A stretch of DNA of 40,000 bases from Photobacterium sagamiensis (GCF_050337085.1 NZ_JAKJSP010000021.1:112923-152922); one strand, 5' to 3'; positions 1-9,087 are shown, numbered from the stretch's first letter. A program made the numbers and translations. Notes: generated by a model not told the origin, from the sequence alone.

Positions 1-1
1 G

Positions 2-682
2 CCGTTTGCATTCGTTTCTGTACTGATTTTTGCCGATACGTTTGAACCAATGGCTGTTCTTGGCCTGGTGATGGCAACCTGGATCATAGTGATGCACTGC
101 TTTGAGCTTTACCAGCGTGCGACTCACCGCCACAGTTTCATGGCTGGTCTGGGTAAACTTGGCCGTAGTCACTGGGCGATGATGCTGGCTCATATAGGTA
201 TGGCGGTATCTGTTATCGGTATTACGCTGGTATCCAACTATGATCTTGAGCATGATGTACGTCTGGCTCCGGGTGAGACCGTTCAGGTGCAAGGTTATGA
301 CTTTACGTTTGACGGTCTGCGCGATGCTGATGGTCCTAACTATGATGGTTATATTGCCGATTTCAACGTCACTAAAAACGGCAAGTCGGTGACAACCCTG
401 CATGCGGAAAAACGTTTTTACAGCACAACAGGCTCGATGATGACAGAAGCGGCTATCGATAGCGGTGTTACCCGTGATCTGTATGTTGCAATGGGTGAGA
501 GGCTAGGTGATGGCGCTTGGGCTGTGCGTATTTACTACAAACCATTTGTTAACTGGATTTGGTTTGGTGCCGCGTTAATGGCATTAGGTGGTGCATTCGC
601 GATCAGTGATAAACGTTACCGCTTCCGTAGAAAAGCGAAAGTTGACACAGTTGCAGTGGCTAAACAGGCAGAGGTGAACTGA
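2..682 (+). CDS. ccmF: Cytochrome c heme lyase CcmF, C-terminal part (5' end lies outside the window)
   Basis: The frame is open from nt 2 to the TGA at 680-682. The hydrophobic C-terminal sequence is typical of CcmF. ccmG, ccmH and ccmI follow with overlapping stop/start codons. Confidence 0.85.
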   Translation, partial: PFAFVSVLIFADTFEPMAVLGLVMATWIIVMHCFELYQRATHRHSFMAGLGKLGRSHWAMMLAHIGMAVSVIGITLVSNYDLEHDVRLAPGETVQVQGYDFTFDGLRDADGPNYDGYIADFNVTKNGKSVTTLHAEKRFYSTTGSMMTEAAIDSGVTRDLYVAMGERLGDGAWAVRIYYKPFVNWIWFGAALMALGGAFAISDKRYRFRRKAKVDTVAVAKQAEVN

Positions 683-1236
683 TGAATAAGAAATTTTTGT
701 TTGTACCGCTAGTCCTGTTTATGGGGCTGGCGATAGTCTTTACGATCCAGTTGACACGTAATGCCGGCGGTGATGATCCCACCAAGCTGGAGTCAGTCTT
801 GGTCGGTAAGCCGGTACCAGAATTTAAGCTTGAAGATCTGGTGGAAGCGGGCAAGGTGTACCAGCAGGATATCTTCACCGGCGAGCCTTTGCTGCTGAAC
901 GTTTGGGCGACCTGGTGTCCGACTTGTTATGCTGAGCATACTTACCTTAATGAGTTAGCGAGCAAAGGTGTAAAAATCATTGGTCTTAACTATAAAGATG
1001 AACGCCTGAAAGCCGTAAGCTGGCTAAATGAACTGGGAAACCCCTATATCCATAGCCTGTTCGATGGTAACGGTATGCTGGGCATGGATCTGGGCGTTTA
1101 TGGCGCGCCTGAAACATTTCTGATTGATGCTAACGGCATTATCCGTTATCGCCATGTCGGTGATGTGAATGAGCGTAACTGGGCCGGCACATTAGAGCCC
1201 ATGTATAAAGCCCTGCAAGAGGAGGCGAAAGGATGA
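682..1236 (+). CDS. ccmG: Thiol:disulfide interchange protein CcmG/DsbE
   Basis: N-terminal membrane anchor and the thioredoxin-like motif WATWCPTC. The start overlaps the ccmF stop (TGATG). Confidence 0.9.
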   Translation: MNKKFLFVPLVLFMGLAIVFTIQLTRNAGGDDPTKLESVLVGKPVPEFKLEDLVEAGKVYQQDIFTGEPLLLNVWATWCPTCYAEHTYLNELASKGVKIIGLNYKDERLKAVSWLNELGNPYIHSLFDGNGMLGMDLGVYGAPETFLIDANGIIRYRHVGDVNERNWAGTLEPMYKALQEEAKG

Positions 1237-1742
1237 TGAAACGTTTATTCGCCATGCTTGCCGGTGTGGGTTTTATCGTTGCTGCAGCGATGCCGGCACT
1301 AGCGGCTATTGATGTTTATGAGTTTAAGAATGTCAAGCAAGAACAGGCCTTTCAGGAGCTGACGGCAACGTTACGCTGTCCAAAGTGTCAGAACAATACC
1401 ATCGCAGATTCCAATGCCGGTCTTGCTCAAGATATGCGTCAGAAAACCTTCGAATTGTTGAACGAAGGTAAGAGTCAGCAAGATGTGATCGACTACATGG
1501 TTGCACGTTATGGCAACTTTGTTACCTATGATCCTCCACTCATGGCATCGACGTTGATTCTGTGGCTGGGCCCAATTCTGTTCATTATCATCGGTTTTAC
1601 CATCTTGGTTATGCGCTCACGTAAAACGGAAGATGCGAAAAGCCAGGTCAAGCTAGAAGCCGAAGAAGAGCAGCGTTTACAAACGCTATTAGAAGAGATG
1701 GAACAACAAACCCCGAATAAAAACGGTAAGGTGAAGAAATGA
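1233..1742 (+). CDS. ccmH: Cytochrome c-type biogenesis protein CcmH
   Basis: Signal peptide, the LRCPKCQNNTIADSNA motif (CxxC) and a C-terminal TM segment. ATGA overlap with ccmG. Confidence 0.9.
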   Translation: MMKRLFAMLAGVGFIVAAAMPALAAIDVYEFKNVKQEQAFQELTATLRCPKCQNNTIADSNAGLAQDMRQKTFELLNEGKSQQDVIDYMVARYGNFVTYDPPLMASTLILWLGPILFIIIGFTILVMRSRKTEDAKSQVKLEAEEEQRLQTLLEEMEQQTPNKNGKVKK

Positions 1743-2956
1743 CGCTGTTTTGGATACTAACGGTCATTTTGGTTCTGATCGCTGCTGTTGTTTTTGTTGC
1801 TCCTATGTACTTTGGGAAAGAGCAGGATGACGTTGCAAGTCGTGACGAGCTGAATAAAGCGTTCTTTAAAGATCGCATTAACGAATTGAATGAAGAAGAC
1901 AGCGAAGGTTTGGTGGTCAATCAACAAGAGTTGGTTTCTGAGCTGCAACAGTCGCTATTGGATGATGTTCCTGTCAGCTCGAAGCAGCAAGCCGTGACGG
2001 TGAGTCCGTTGATGCTCTTCCCGGGATTAATTCTGCTGGTCGGTATTTGCTATGGCATGTATTTTTCCGTTGGAAATATCAATAAGGTGGAAAGCTGGCA
2101 GCAGACGGCTTCACGTTTGCCAGAACTCTCAAAACGTCTGATGGACGAGCAGGGCGCAGCACCATTAACCGATGAGGAAATGGTGGATCTGACTCTGGCA
2201 CTGCGTACCCGACTGCATAACAACCCGGATGATGCAATGGGGTGGTTGTTGCTGGGACGTATCGGTATGGCTAACCGCGATGCTGAAACGTCACAGGGCG
2301 CGATGAAGCGTGCTTATGCTCTTGCACCTAACGATCTGGAGATTCAATTGGGTTATGCCCAGACTCTGATGTTGATCGGGGATCCGGGGCAAAGTGATTA
2401 CGCCCGCCGGTTATTACGTTCAGTCATTAAGCGTGATCATAACAATATTCGAGCGATGTCTTTGCTGGCATTTGATGCGTTTGAAGCCGGTGACTACCAG
2501 CAGGCGGTCTCTTACTGGACCATGATGAAAAATCTGATTGGTGAGGATGATCCGCGTGCAAATATGCTAAACCGCAGTATTGAACGTGCCCAGTCGCGCT
2601 TAGGCAAAGCTGCCAATACTGCAACCAGCGTAACGGTGAAAGTGAATCTGGATCCGACCGTTTCATTACCAGCACAGGGGCTGGTGATCATTTCGGTACA
2701 CACTGCCGACGGAGCACCTATGCCAGTGGCAGCACGCCGACTTCCATTATCTAGCACGTTCCCGCTGACAGTGACGTTAGACGACAATGACAGCATGATC
2801 CCTGAGCGCAAGTTATCGTCATTGCCAGCGATGATCGTAAAGGCTCGCATTGATGCCGATGGGAATGTAATGACCAAGCAAGGTGATTGGTACGGCCAGA
2901 GTGATGAAACACAATTAGGCGGTTCAACAATTGTGACAATCAATAAACAATATTGA
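1739..2956 (+). CDS. ccmI: Cytochrome c-type biogenesis protein CcmI (TPR-containing)
   Basis: ATGA overlap with ccmH. N-terminal TM segments followed by a TPR-like region. It is the last gene of the ccm operon. Confidence 0.8.
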   Translation: MTLFWILTVILVLIAAVVFVAPMYFGKEQDDVASRDELNKAFFKDRINELNEEDSEGLVVNQQELVSELQQSLLDDVPVSSKQQAVTVSPLMLFPGLILLVGICYGMYFSVGNINKVESWQQTASRLPELSKRLMDEQGAAPLTDEEMVDLTLALRTRLHNNPDDAMGWLLLGRIGMANRDAETSQGAMKRAYALAPNDLEIQLGYAQTLMLIGDPGQSDYARRLLRSVIKRDHNNIRAMSLLAFDAFEAGDYQQAVSYWTMMKNLIGEDDPRANMLNRSIERAQSRLGKAANTATSVTVKVNLDPTVSLPAQGLVIISVHTADGAPMPVAARRLPLSSTFPLTVTLDDNDSMIPERKLSSLPAMIVKARIDADGNVMTKQGDWYGQSDETQLGGSTIVTINKQY

Positions 2957-2976
2957 TTACAACACTGGCACAAATG

Positions 2977-3012
2977 AAGCAGGCTGGATATCATATCCCG
3001 TCTGCTTTTTTA
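2977..3012 (+). terminator. Rho-independent terminator after ccmI
   Basis: Hairpin with AGCAG (2978-2982) pairing CTGCT (3002-3006) and an inner GGATAT/ATATCC stem, followed by a T-run at 3006-3011. Confidence 0.6.
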
Positions 3013-3030
3013 TTGGATGCGAATAACCCC

Positions 3031-3843
3031 TTGAGTAAAAGAATTATTTTTTCTGTTTTTCTGCTGATCACCCTGGCGGGTTGTGCCGGAACCCCCGAGG
3101 ATCAAGAAGCAGAAACGGGTGCTACAAACGTAGCGGATTATATCGAGCTCGAGGAGTCTGGCTCACATAACGATGTCTACGATCCGTTAGAAGGCTTTAA
3201 CCGTGTAATGTGGGATTTGAACTATAACTATCTCGATCCATACATCGCGCGGCCTGTTTCACTGGCTTATGTTGATTATGTCCCTAGCCCTTTACGTACT
3301 GGCCTTTCTAACTTCCTTTCGAACTTAGATGAACCAGCCAGCATGGTGAACAGTCTGATCATGCAGAACCCGAAGGATGCTGTGACTCACTTTAACCGCT
3401 TCTGGATTAACACGGTGTTTGGTCTGGCGGGAGTTATTGATATTGCTACAGCCGCTGATATTACCACGCCTGGCGGTCGCGCTTTCGGTGATTCCCTTGG
3501 TTATTATGGTGTTGGTAACGGTCCTTACTTCATGGTGCCTTTCTACGGGCCTGTCACCTTGCGTGAAGGGGTAGGTGATACCGCAGATGGCCTTTATTTG
3601 CCACTGAGCCTACTCACTTTCTGGCAAAGCTTAGGTAAGTGGGCGCTTGAAGGGATGGAAGATCGCGCAGCATTGGTATCTCAGGAAGCCTTACTGGAAG
3701 ACTCTCCTGATCCGTATGTGTTCACCCGTGATGCTTATATTCAGCATAAAAACTTCAAAGCCAGCGGCGGCGAAATCTCTGATGATGAGCCTGTCGAAGA
3801 AGAGTATCTTGATGACTTCTTAGATGAAATTGATGATTATTGA
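3031..3843 (+). CDS. mlaA: Outer-membrane lipoprotein MlaA/VacJ
   Basis: VacJ-family sequence. A TTG start at 3031 gives MSKRIIFSVFLLITLAGC, a classic lipobox signal. The ORF-track start at 2953 would read through the ccmI terminator hairpin, so I prefer 3031. Confidence 0.8.
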   Translation: MSKRIIFSVFLLITLAGCAGTPEDQEAETGATNVADYIELEESGSHNDVYDPLEGFNRVMWDLNYNYLDPYIARPVSLAYVDYVPSPLRTGLSNFLSNLDEPASMVNSLIMQNPKDAVTHFNRFWINTVFGLAGVIDIATAADITTPGGRAFGDSLGYYGVGNGPYFMVPFYGPVTLREGVGDTADGLYLPLSLLTFWQSLGKWALEGMEDRAALVSQEALLEDSPDPYVFTRDAYIQHKNFKASGGEISDDEPVEEEYLDDFLDEIDDY

Positions 3844-3850
3844 AGTCAGA

Positions 3851-3917
3851 GACTAGAAATTAGATTCGAGAATCGAGAATCGAGAATCGAGACTAGAAAC
3901 TAGAAACTAGAAACTAG
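3851..3917. repeat. Tandem 7-bp repeats: TCGAGAA x3 plus one variant unit (TCGAGAC), then TAGAAAC x3.5
   Basis: Read directly: tcgagaa units at 3866-3886, tcgagac at 3887-3893, tagaaac units at 3894-3914, partial unit at 3915-3917. Intergenic, between mlaA and fadL. Confidence 0.9.
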
Positions 3918-3932
3918 CTTCTGTACAAGCCC

Positions 3933-3970
3933 AAAAAAGAGAGTCGCTGTGTAAGCGACTCTCTTTTTTA
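3933..3970. terminator. Bidirectional rho-independent terminator between convergent mlaA and fadL
   Basis: Perfect 11-bp stem agagagtcgct/agcgactctct (3938-3948 / 3954-3964), flanked by an A-run upstream and a T-run downstream. Confidence 0.8.
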
Positions 3971-4024
3971 ATGATCGAGCAGTGAGAATCGAGTAACTCG
4001 TTTCTCTTCTCTAGCGACTGTTTT

Positions 4025-5254
4025 TTAGAACTGGTAGCTAGCCTGAACACCTACCAGCCAGATGTTACCGGTGGTTTCACCTTCTAAAGCGCCCAAGGTT
4101 TCATCTGTTTCAAGCATTGGCGCATCCTTTATGAAGATGTAAGTAAAGCCTGCATCCAGAGTTAGATTTTCAGACCACGCATAACCCGCGCCTAGGCTTA
4201 GCCATAGGCGATCGGTCTCAGGAATCGTCTGGGTACGGTGTTTATCACTGACGGCGGACGTGTCGTAGGCGATACCGGTACGCAGAGTGAGCGCATTGGT
4301 GTACTGGTATGTTGTACCTACTGCCAAGCGGTAGTTATCTTCCCAATTCTCTTCTTTAATCAAATCTGGCTTAGAAGAAAATGCAGGAATATTAGCTTCA
4401 AGTTTTTCAAAGCTGCTCCAGTCAGTCCAGTTAAAGCTGGCGTGTACAGCTACCTTATCTGTCAGCTGGTGGAAGCTGGCGATTTCCGCGGTTGCTGGTA
4501 ATGTCAGATCCATACTACCAGGTAGAGTATTGCCGCCATAAGCGAGACCAGAAGCCTCACCATCTAAGGTCAGATCAACAGCAGAACGGTAGTTTACCCC
4601 AATACGGTTATTATCATTGATCTGCCAGGCAGTACCCAGCTGCCAGCCCCATGCGGTATCATCGCCTTCCATGTATTTCAGATCAGCACCGCCAGCCGCT
4701 TCTGGCATGGCAGCACCAAAATGCCCTTCGCCCATGACATAGCGCACACCACCACCAAGGCTGAACTGATCATTGATCTTGTATGCCACATTCGGATTAA
4801 TCTCTACCGATTTCACCATCGCCTGGTTGCCAAACTGAGTCGCCAGGTAGCCGCCGTCAAGCTCGGTTTCCATACCGTAGTTTGTTGCGAGGGCAAGGCC
4901 TACGACCCACTGGTTGTTTAGCTGGTGCGACAGATAGAAGTTAGGAATAATGGCTGAATCCGCAATATCTTTCGCTTCGGTAGATACGGCGCCATTGACT
5001 GTACCGTCAACATCAATATTCGGGTCAACGTAAATGGCACCAATCGAAATTTGTGTTCCTTTCAGGTAGGTCATCATCGCCGGGTTACGAAATTGTGCCG
5101 CAGCATTGTCAGCCATAGCAGCTTCACCTGCGAAAGCACGGCCCAGGCCGGTCGCTGAGTATTCTGCGAGTTGAAAGCCTGCTGCAGAGGCATTAGCACT
5201 CATGCCAAGTGTTAACGCTAACGCTAATGCTAATGTGATTTTATTTTTATTCAT
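4025..5254 (-). CDS. fadL: Long-chain fatty acid outer-membrane transporter, FadL family (paralogue 1)
   Basis: Signal peptide, then AAGFQLAEYSATGLGRAFAG, the typical FadL/Toluene_X N-terminus. Beta-barrel-like sequence ending in an aromatic residue (YQF). Confidence 0.85.
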   Translation of the reverse strand: MNKNKITLALALALTLGMSANASAAGFQLAEYSATGLGRAFAGEAAMADNAAAQFRNPAMMTYLKGTQISIGAIYVDPNIDVDGTVNGAVSTEAKDIADSAIIPNFYLSHQLNNQWVVGLALATNYGMETELDGGYLATQFGNQAMVKSVEINPNVAYKINDQFSLGGGVRYVMGEGHFGAAMPEAAGGADLKYMEGDDTAWGWQLGTAWQINDNNRIGVNYRSAVDLTLDGEASGLAYGGNTLPGSMDLTLPATAEIASFHQLTDKVAVHASFNWTDWSSFEKLEANIPAFSSKPDLIKEENWEDNYRLAVGTTYQYTNALTLRTGIAYDTSAVSDKHRTQTIPETDRLWLSLGAGYAWSENLTLDAGFTYIFIKDAPMLETDETLGALEGETTGNIWLVGVQASYQF

Positions 5255-5407
5255 GATCGTGCTTTGTTCGCTGAAATTTTAATAGGCGAATCATACGCTT
5301 TAGAGTAAAAGCTTTAAGTTATTCTTGATCTTGAGTTGCTGTTCAGTGTTTTCTGCTGTGGCTGTTGACTTGCACGGGCTAATAAGTGGTAACTTTTGTT
5401 CTTATTG

Positions 5408-5424
5408 TTCTGGTCAGATCTGTT
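5408..5424. promoter_or_regulatory. Putative FadR operator upstream of fadL paralogue 1
   Basis: TTCTGGTCAGATCTGTT resembles the E. coli FadR consensus as I recall it (approx. ANCTGGTCCGACCTGTT). Confidence 0.5.
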
Positions 5425-5560
5425 TTCAGCGTACACTTGTATCCGAATTGAAGGGTTTCAGCGATCATCTGTTCACTGAAAGTAGGCGATGATAAGGTTT
5501 TGAATAAAGTGAAGCGCTTTGGGTATCAAGCTAATAAAAGCGATTAAAGAGTCAATAAAC

Positions 5561-5582
5561 AAAAAGGGAGCCTGAGGCTCCC
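5561..5582 (-). terminator. Rho-independent terminator after fadL paralogue 2
   Basis: Hairpin gggagcc-tga-ggctccc (5566-5582). The A-run at 5561-5565 is a T-run on the minus strand. Confidence 0.7.
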
Positions 5583-5614
5583 TTAATCATACAGCTAGTG
5601 ATTGTTCGCTGAAA

Positions 5615-6871
5615 TTAGAACGAACGGCTGTACTGAATACCGTATAACCAGGCATTGGCACGCGTTGTCGCTGTAACGCTTGAAAGCTCGGGAAAAATAG
5701 GATTAGTTGCAGGATCTGGATTAGCAGTAGATTCACTTACATTGATATCTTCACCCATTAGGTAAGTCAGGCCAAAGTCGATATTAGACTTCGCATCGAT
5801 GTGGTAAGTGAAACCGGCGGAGAACCACTGTCGGTCTGAATCAGGCACAGAAATAGAGGTGATTTCATCCTGAGCGCTGGTGTCATACATGTAACCGGTA
5901 CGCAGGGTCCAGTCGTTGTTCAGGTAATAAGTACCACCAATCGCATAATGCCAGCCGTCTTGCCACTCGTAAGTGTTTAACGTTGCATTTGCGCTACCTT
6001 CGGTTTCTAGTTTGTCGAAGGCACTCCAGCCAATCCACTGTACGCTGTAGTGTACTGCAAACTTGTCATTCAGTTTGTGGAAACCTGAGAATTCAGCCAT
6101 ATCGGGTAGTGGCATTATTAACTTATCGTTACTAATGTCGTTACCCAAGTAAGTCATATCACCTTCAGTTTCTAGTTCTGGGCTGTAGTGATAAGAGAGG
6201 CCGAAACGGTTGTCTTCATCCAATTCAAACACCGTACCGACATTCCAGCCAAAGCCAACACCATTAGCATCGACATCTAGCAGCTTATCCCCCATGCCTA
6301 AACCTGAGCGCTGAAGTTTACCTTCACCGTAGATAACATCTAAGCCACCACCGACGCTCCACTGCTGGTTGATGCGGTAAGAGGCACTTAGCGCAAAGTT
6401 GACGCTTTTAACGTCGGTCATGCCGCCATATTCATTCGCTGGATAGTCGCTGCTAAATTCGGTTTTGGTACCGAAGTTAGAATAGATACCTGTACCAACC
6501 GTCCACTGCTCGTTGATTGGGTGGATGTAGTAGATGTTTGGTGCGTAAGACGTATCGCCAACTTGCTGGTCATCCAAGGAACTAGTTTGTCCGAATACGT
6601 TCGTATATTTAGCATTTTTCACGGTTACGTCAGTATCAATGGCATTTAAACCCATAGAGATAGCTGGCGCATCGAAAAGAGACATTGCCGCCGCGTTACG
6701 CGACATGGCAGAGGCGTTATCAGCGATAACGGCATCACCTGCAAATGCGCGGCCCAGACCTGTAGCGGATTGTGCATTTAACTGGAAACCTGCAGCAAGT
6801 GCTTGCTGAGATGCTGCGAGAGTAATTGCGGCAGCAACCAGTGATTTTGTAAACAGACGCTTCTTGTTCAT
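5615..6871 (-). CDS. fadL: Long-chain fatty acid outer-membrane transporter, FadL family (paralogue 2)
   Basis: Signal peptide, then AAGFQLNAQSATGLGRAFAG. Collinear with the neighbouring FadL paralogue. C-terminal aromatic residue (RSF). Confidence 0.85.
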   Translation of the reverse strand: MNKKRLFTKSLVAAAITLAASQQALAAGFQLNAQSATGLGRAFAGDAVIADNASAMSRNAAAMSLFDAPAISMGLNAIDTDVTVKNAKYTNVFGQTSSLDDQQVGDTSYAPNIYYIHPINEQWTVGTGIYSNFGTKTEFSSDYPANEYGGMTDVKSVNFALSASYRINQQWSVGGGLDVIYGEGKLQRSGLGMGDKLLDVDANGVGFGWNVGTVFELDEDNRFGLSYHYSPELETEGDMTYLGNDISNDKLIMPLPDMAEFSGFHKLNDKFAVHYSVQWIGWSAFDKLETEGSANATLNTYEWQDGWHYAIGGTYYLNNDWTLRTGYMYDTSAQDEITSISVPDSDRQWFSAGFTYHIDAKSNIDFGLTYLMGEDINVSESTANPDPATNPIFPELSSVTATTRANAWLYGIQYSRSF

Positions 6872-6957
6872 ACTTATTATTATTCCTAATCATTTCGTGC
6901 ATGTGTGCCTGTCTATTTTGACAGATCGCGCAAGATTGTAGGTGTGTAACTTGTTCT

Positions 6958-6974
6958 ATCAAATCTGACCAGTT
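6958..6974. promoter_or_regulatory. Putative FadR operator upstream of fadL paralogue 2
   Basis: The minus strand reads AACTGGTCAGATTTGAT, a close match to the FadR half-sites. It lies ~90 bp upstream of the start codon. Confidence 0.5.
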
Positions 6975-7116
6975 GTTATTTCATTGATTGTTATTGTGAA
7001 GTGAACAATTTCGCGGTGGAGTGTACCGAATTTAAGGTAAGCGGCGGGATAATGAAATCTCAAATATGCAACAGAGGTAGCATAAAAATAAGGGGTATAT
7101 TTCAGGGGTATAAGTA

Positions 7117-7148
7117 AAGCCATTATCATTAGTTTTGATAATGGCTTT
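7117..7148 (-). terminator. Hairpin downstream of the sigma/anti-sigma operon
   Basis: 12-bp perfect stem aaagccattatc/gataatggcttt with short T tracts on both strands. Confidence 0.45.
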
Positions 7149-7167
7149 TGACTGTGGCTTTAAGCTG

Positions 7168-7881
7168 TTAAATTTTCCAGCGCATTTCTGATTTAATGGT
7201 GTTGGCAATAGGGGTGACGTCCTGACCTTTTTCGCCGACAACAATTAAGCTGGTATGTTGAAGCGGTACGACAACGCCTTCCATTTGACTGTCGTTAAAG
7301 TTTGAAGTTGTAGTGCTTTTTTCTGGTACTACAAAGACAGTTACCTTGCCTTCTTCAGTTTCCATCACCATATGCAGCGCATTCTGATCGCCGAAACCGC
7401 AGTGATTAACATAGTATACATGGCCAGGCAGCTCACTCAGGTTGGAGCCAAAAGGTTGCAACTTGGCATTAACTTGTCTGAGGCTTACCGATTCATCTAC
7501 CCCCTCAATAAAAGGGGCTTCAGTGTGTACATGTTGCAAGGCTATCTGCCCAATCCCGGTTGTTTCAGCCGATGACAATATCTGGAGATTGTATTGGCCC
7601 AATAATACCCCGAAGACAAAGGCGACAGACGCTGCGATAGCCAAGTGGAAACGGGCCTTATTCGGCTTGTCGGGTGACTGTCCCGATTGATGAAATAAAA
7701 TGCGGTCGGCAAGATCATCCGGTACATCAACTTTCAGAATATTGTCGATTTGTGCATCTAATTGCTGTAATTCATCAGATAACTTTCGATTGTTCACTGA
7801 AGAATTTCTGGCAGTTGCCATGTCTGGACTGATATCGTTAGGATCAGACAAGATACGGCGACGGAATTCAAGATCGTCCAT
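7168..7881 (-). CDS. Putative anti-sigma factor (DUF3379-like, single TM)
   Basis: Overlaps the upstream ECF sigma gene by 14 nt. One central TM segment (FHLAIAASVAFVFGVLLG). The N-terminus MDDLEFRRRILSDP resembles DUF3379-type partners of ECF sigmas (from memory). Confidence 0.6.
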   Translation of the reverse strand: MDDLEFRRRILSDPNDISPDMATARNSSVNNRKLSDELQQLDAQIDNILKVDVPDDLADRILFHQSGQSPDKPNKARFHLAIAASVAFVFGVLLGQYNLQILSSAETTGIGQIALQHVHTEAPFIEGVDESVSLRQVNAKLQPFGSNLSELPGHVYYVNHCGFGDQNALHMVMETEEGKVTVFVVPEKSTTTSNFNDSQMEGVVVPLQHTSLIVVGEKGQDVTPIANTIKSEMRWKI

Positions 7882-8455
7882 TTTGTTGCCCCCTCCGCTC
7901 GGACTGTTTTTCGATTTGGTCTTTTAACTGATTTCTTGCGCGGAACAAGCGTGTCATTACGGTATTGCGGTTTAACCCCAATATCGTCGCTATCTCATCG
8001 CCATTAAAGCCTGCCATTACCTGCAACACTAAAGGTTCTCGGTACTCAGGGGCTAATTTCATGATTTGTCGGCGCAGCAGTTGCTGTTCAATATCTGTTT
8101 CTGTTCCCTGCTGATGGGTATCGGCAATGGGATAGTCGTCAATATTGACCAAGTCCAGCTGCTTGCGTTCAAAGCGACGCGCATTCTCCCGGCGTAATAT
8201 AGTGATCAGCCATGATTTTGCTGCTTTGTCATCCTGTAAGCTATCAAGAGAGCGCCAGGCGCGCAAACAGGTTTCCTGTACAAGATCCTCAGCAATATGA
8301 GGGTCGTGACATAACCAGTAGGCGTAGCGGTATAAATCTCGATGCCATGCCCTGACAAGGGCTTCATATCGTCTTTGTTTATTCATATCAACAGAGACCG
8401 AGGCATCTGACTTTTTCTTACGAAAAAATTGCTTAATCATAAATTTACCCGTCAA
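7868..8455 (-). CDS. ECF-type RNA polymerase sigma-70 family factor
   Basis: Region 2 (DLVQETCLRAW) and region 4 HTH (GDEIATILGLNRNTVMTRLFRARNQL) motifs. The true start may be internal, e.g. the ATG at 8386. Confidence 0.8.
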   Translation of the reverse strand: MTGKFMIKQFFRKKKSDASVSVDMNKQRRYEALVRAWHRDLYRYAYWLCHDPHIAEDLVQETCLRAWRSLDSLQDDKAAKSWLITILRRENARRFERKQLDLVNIDDYPIADTHQQGTETDIEQQLLRRQIMKLAPEYREPLVLQVMAGFNGDEIATILGLNRNTVMTRLFRARNQLKDQIEKQSERRGQQNGRS

Positions 8456-8814
8456 TAGGGGGTTTAGCCCATTAAGATGGTAACCGCTGTATTGATTTTC
8501 GTTAGTTTTATTCAGCGATCGTGCGATTAATTAGATAATCAGCCCTAAAATTGATCTGGTTCAAATTGTGTATTGGTCGGGAAGCTATAGTAGTGCCTGT
8601 CATCTGATAGTGGTCAGAGAGAGCAAGTTCTGAGGATCAGACATTGTTTTCAATAATTACTATCTGTTGAGCAAGATGACAACTTCCTTTTGAAGGCTGA
8701 CTTTACTTTCTCCTATCAGGTTTATCCTGATTTGCAATTGGCTTTATGTTAATTGACTTACAATCTTACGTAGATGGCTTATTTATTTGGTAAATAGCTT
8801 TCCGCGTAAATTAC

Positions 8815-8845
8815 AACCATACCATATCGGTATGGTTTTTTTTTA
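8815..8845 (+). terminator. Orphan rho-independent terminator in the 630-bp sigma/fadI intergenic region
   Basis: Perfect 9-bp stem aaccatacc/ggtatggtt, 5-nt loop, then a run of 9 T. There is no plus-strand CDS upstream. Confidence 0.6.
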
Positions 8846-9026
8846 TCTAAAGCAAAGTATAGAGCCTCAAATCCTCAGTACCTAACCAACCAGTATAAAA
8901 TTAACTGCATAATACTATGCTTCTATAATATCCCCCGTTCTCCTTACCGCTTTTTACCTTCGTTTCGCGTTATTCGCCACAAAAGCAAAACATTTGTTTG
9001 AAATATATAACAACTTAATTACAATT

Positions 9027-9043
9027 ATTGTGGTCTGACCTCT
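9027..9043. promoter_or_regulatory. Putative FadR operator upstream of fadIJ
   Basis: ATTGTGGTCTGACCTCT contains the TGGTCNGACC FadR core. It lies ~45 bp upstream of the fadI ATG. Confidence 0.5.
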
Positions 9044-9087
9044 AGCGCACATCTCTGTGCCCTACAACCTAACAATAAGGAGTAGCG

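Noticed and set aside
2512-2994. 160-aa antisense ORF inside ccmI, and similar antisense ORFs such as 10630-11058, 15027-15404, 18666-18920, 19846-20238, 24339-24722 and 27473-27871
   Set aside because: All are fully embedded antisense to long CDSs with clear family motifs. Their translations are low-complexity or Cys/Arg/Ser-rich, typical of shadow frames.
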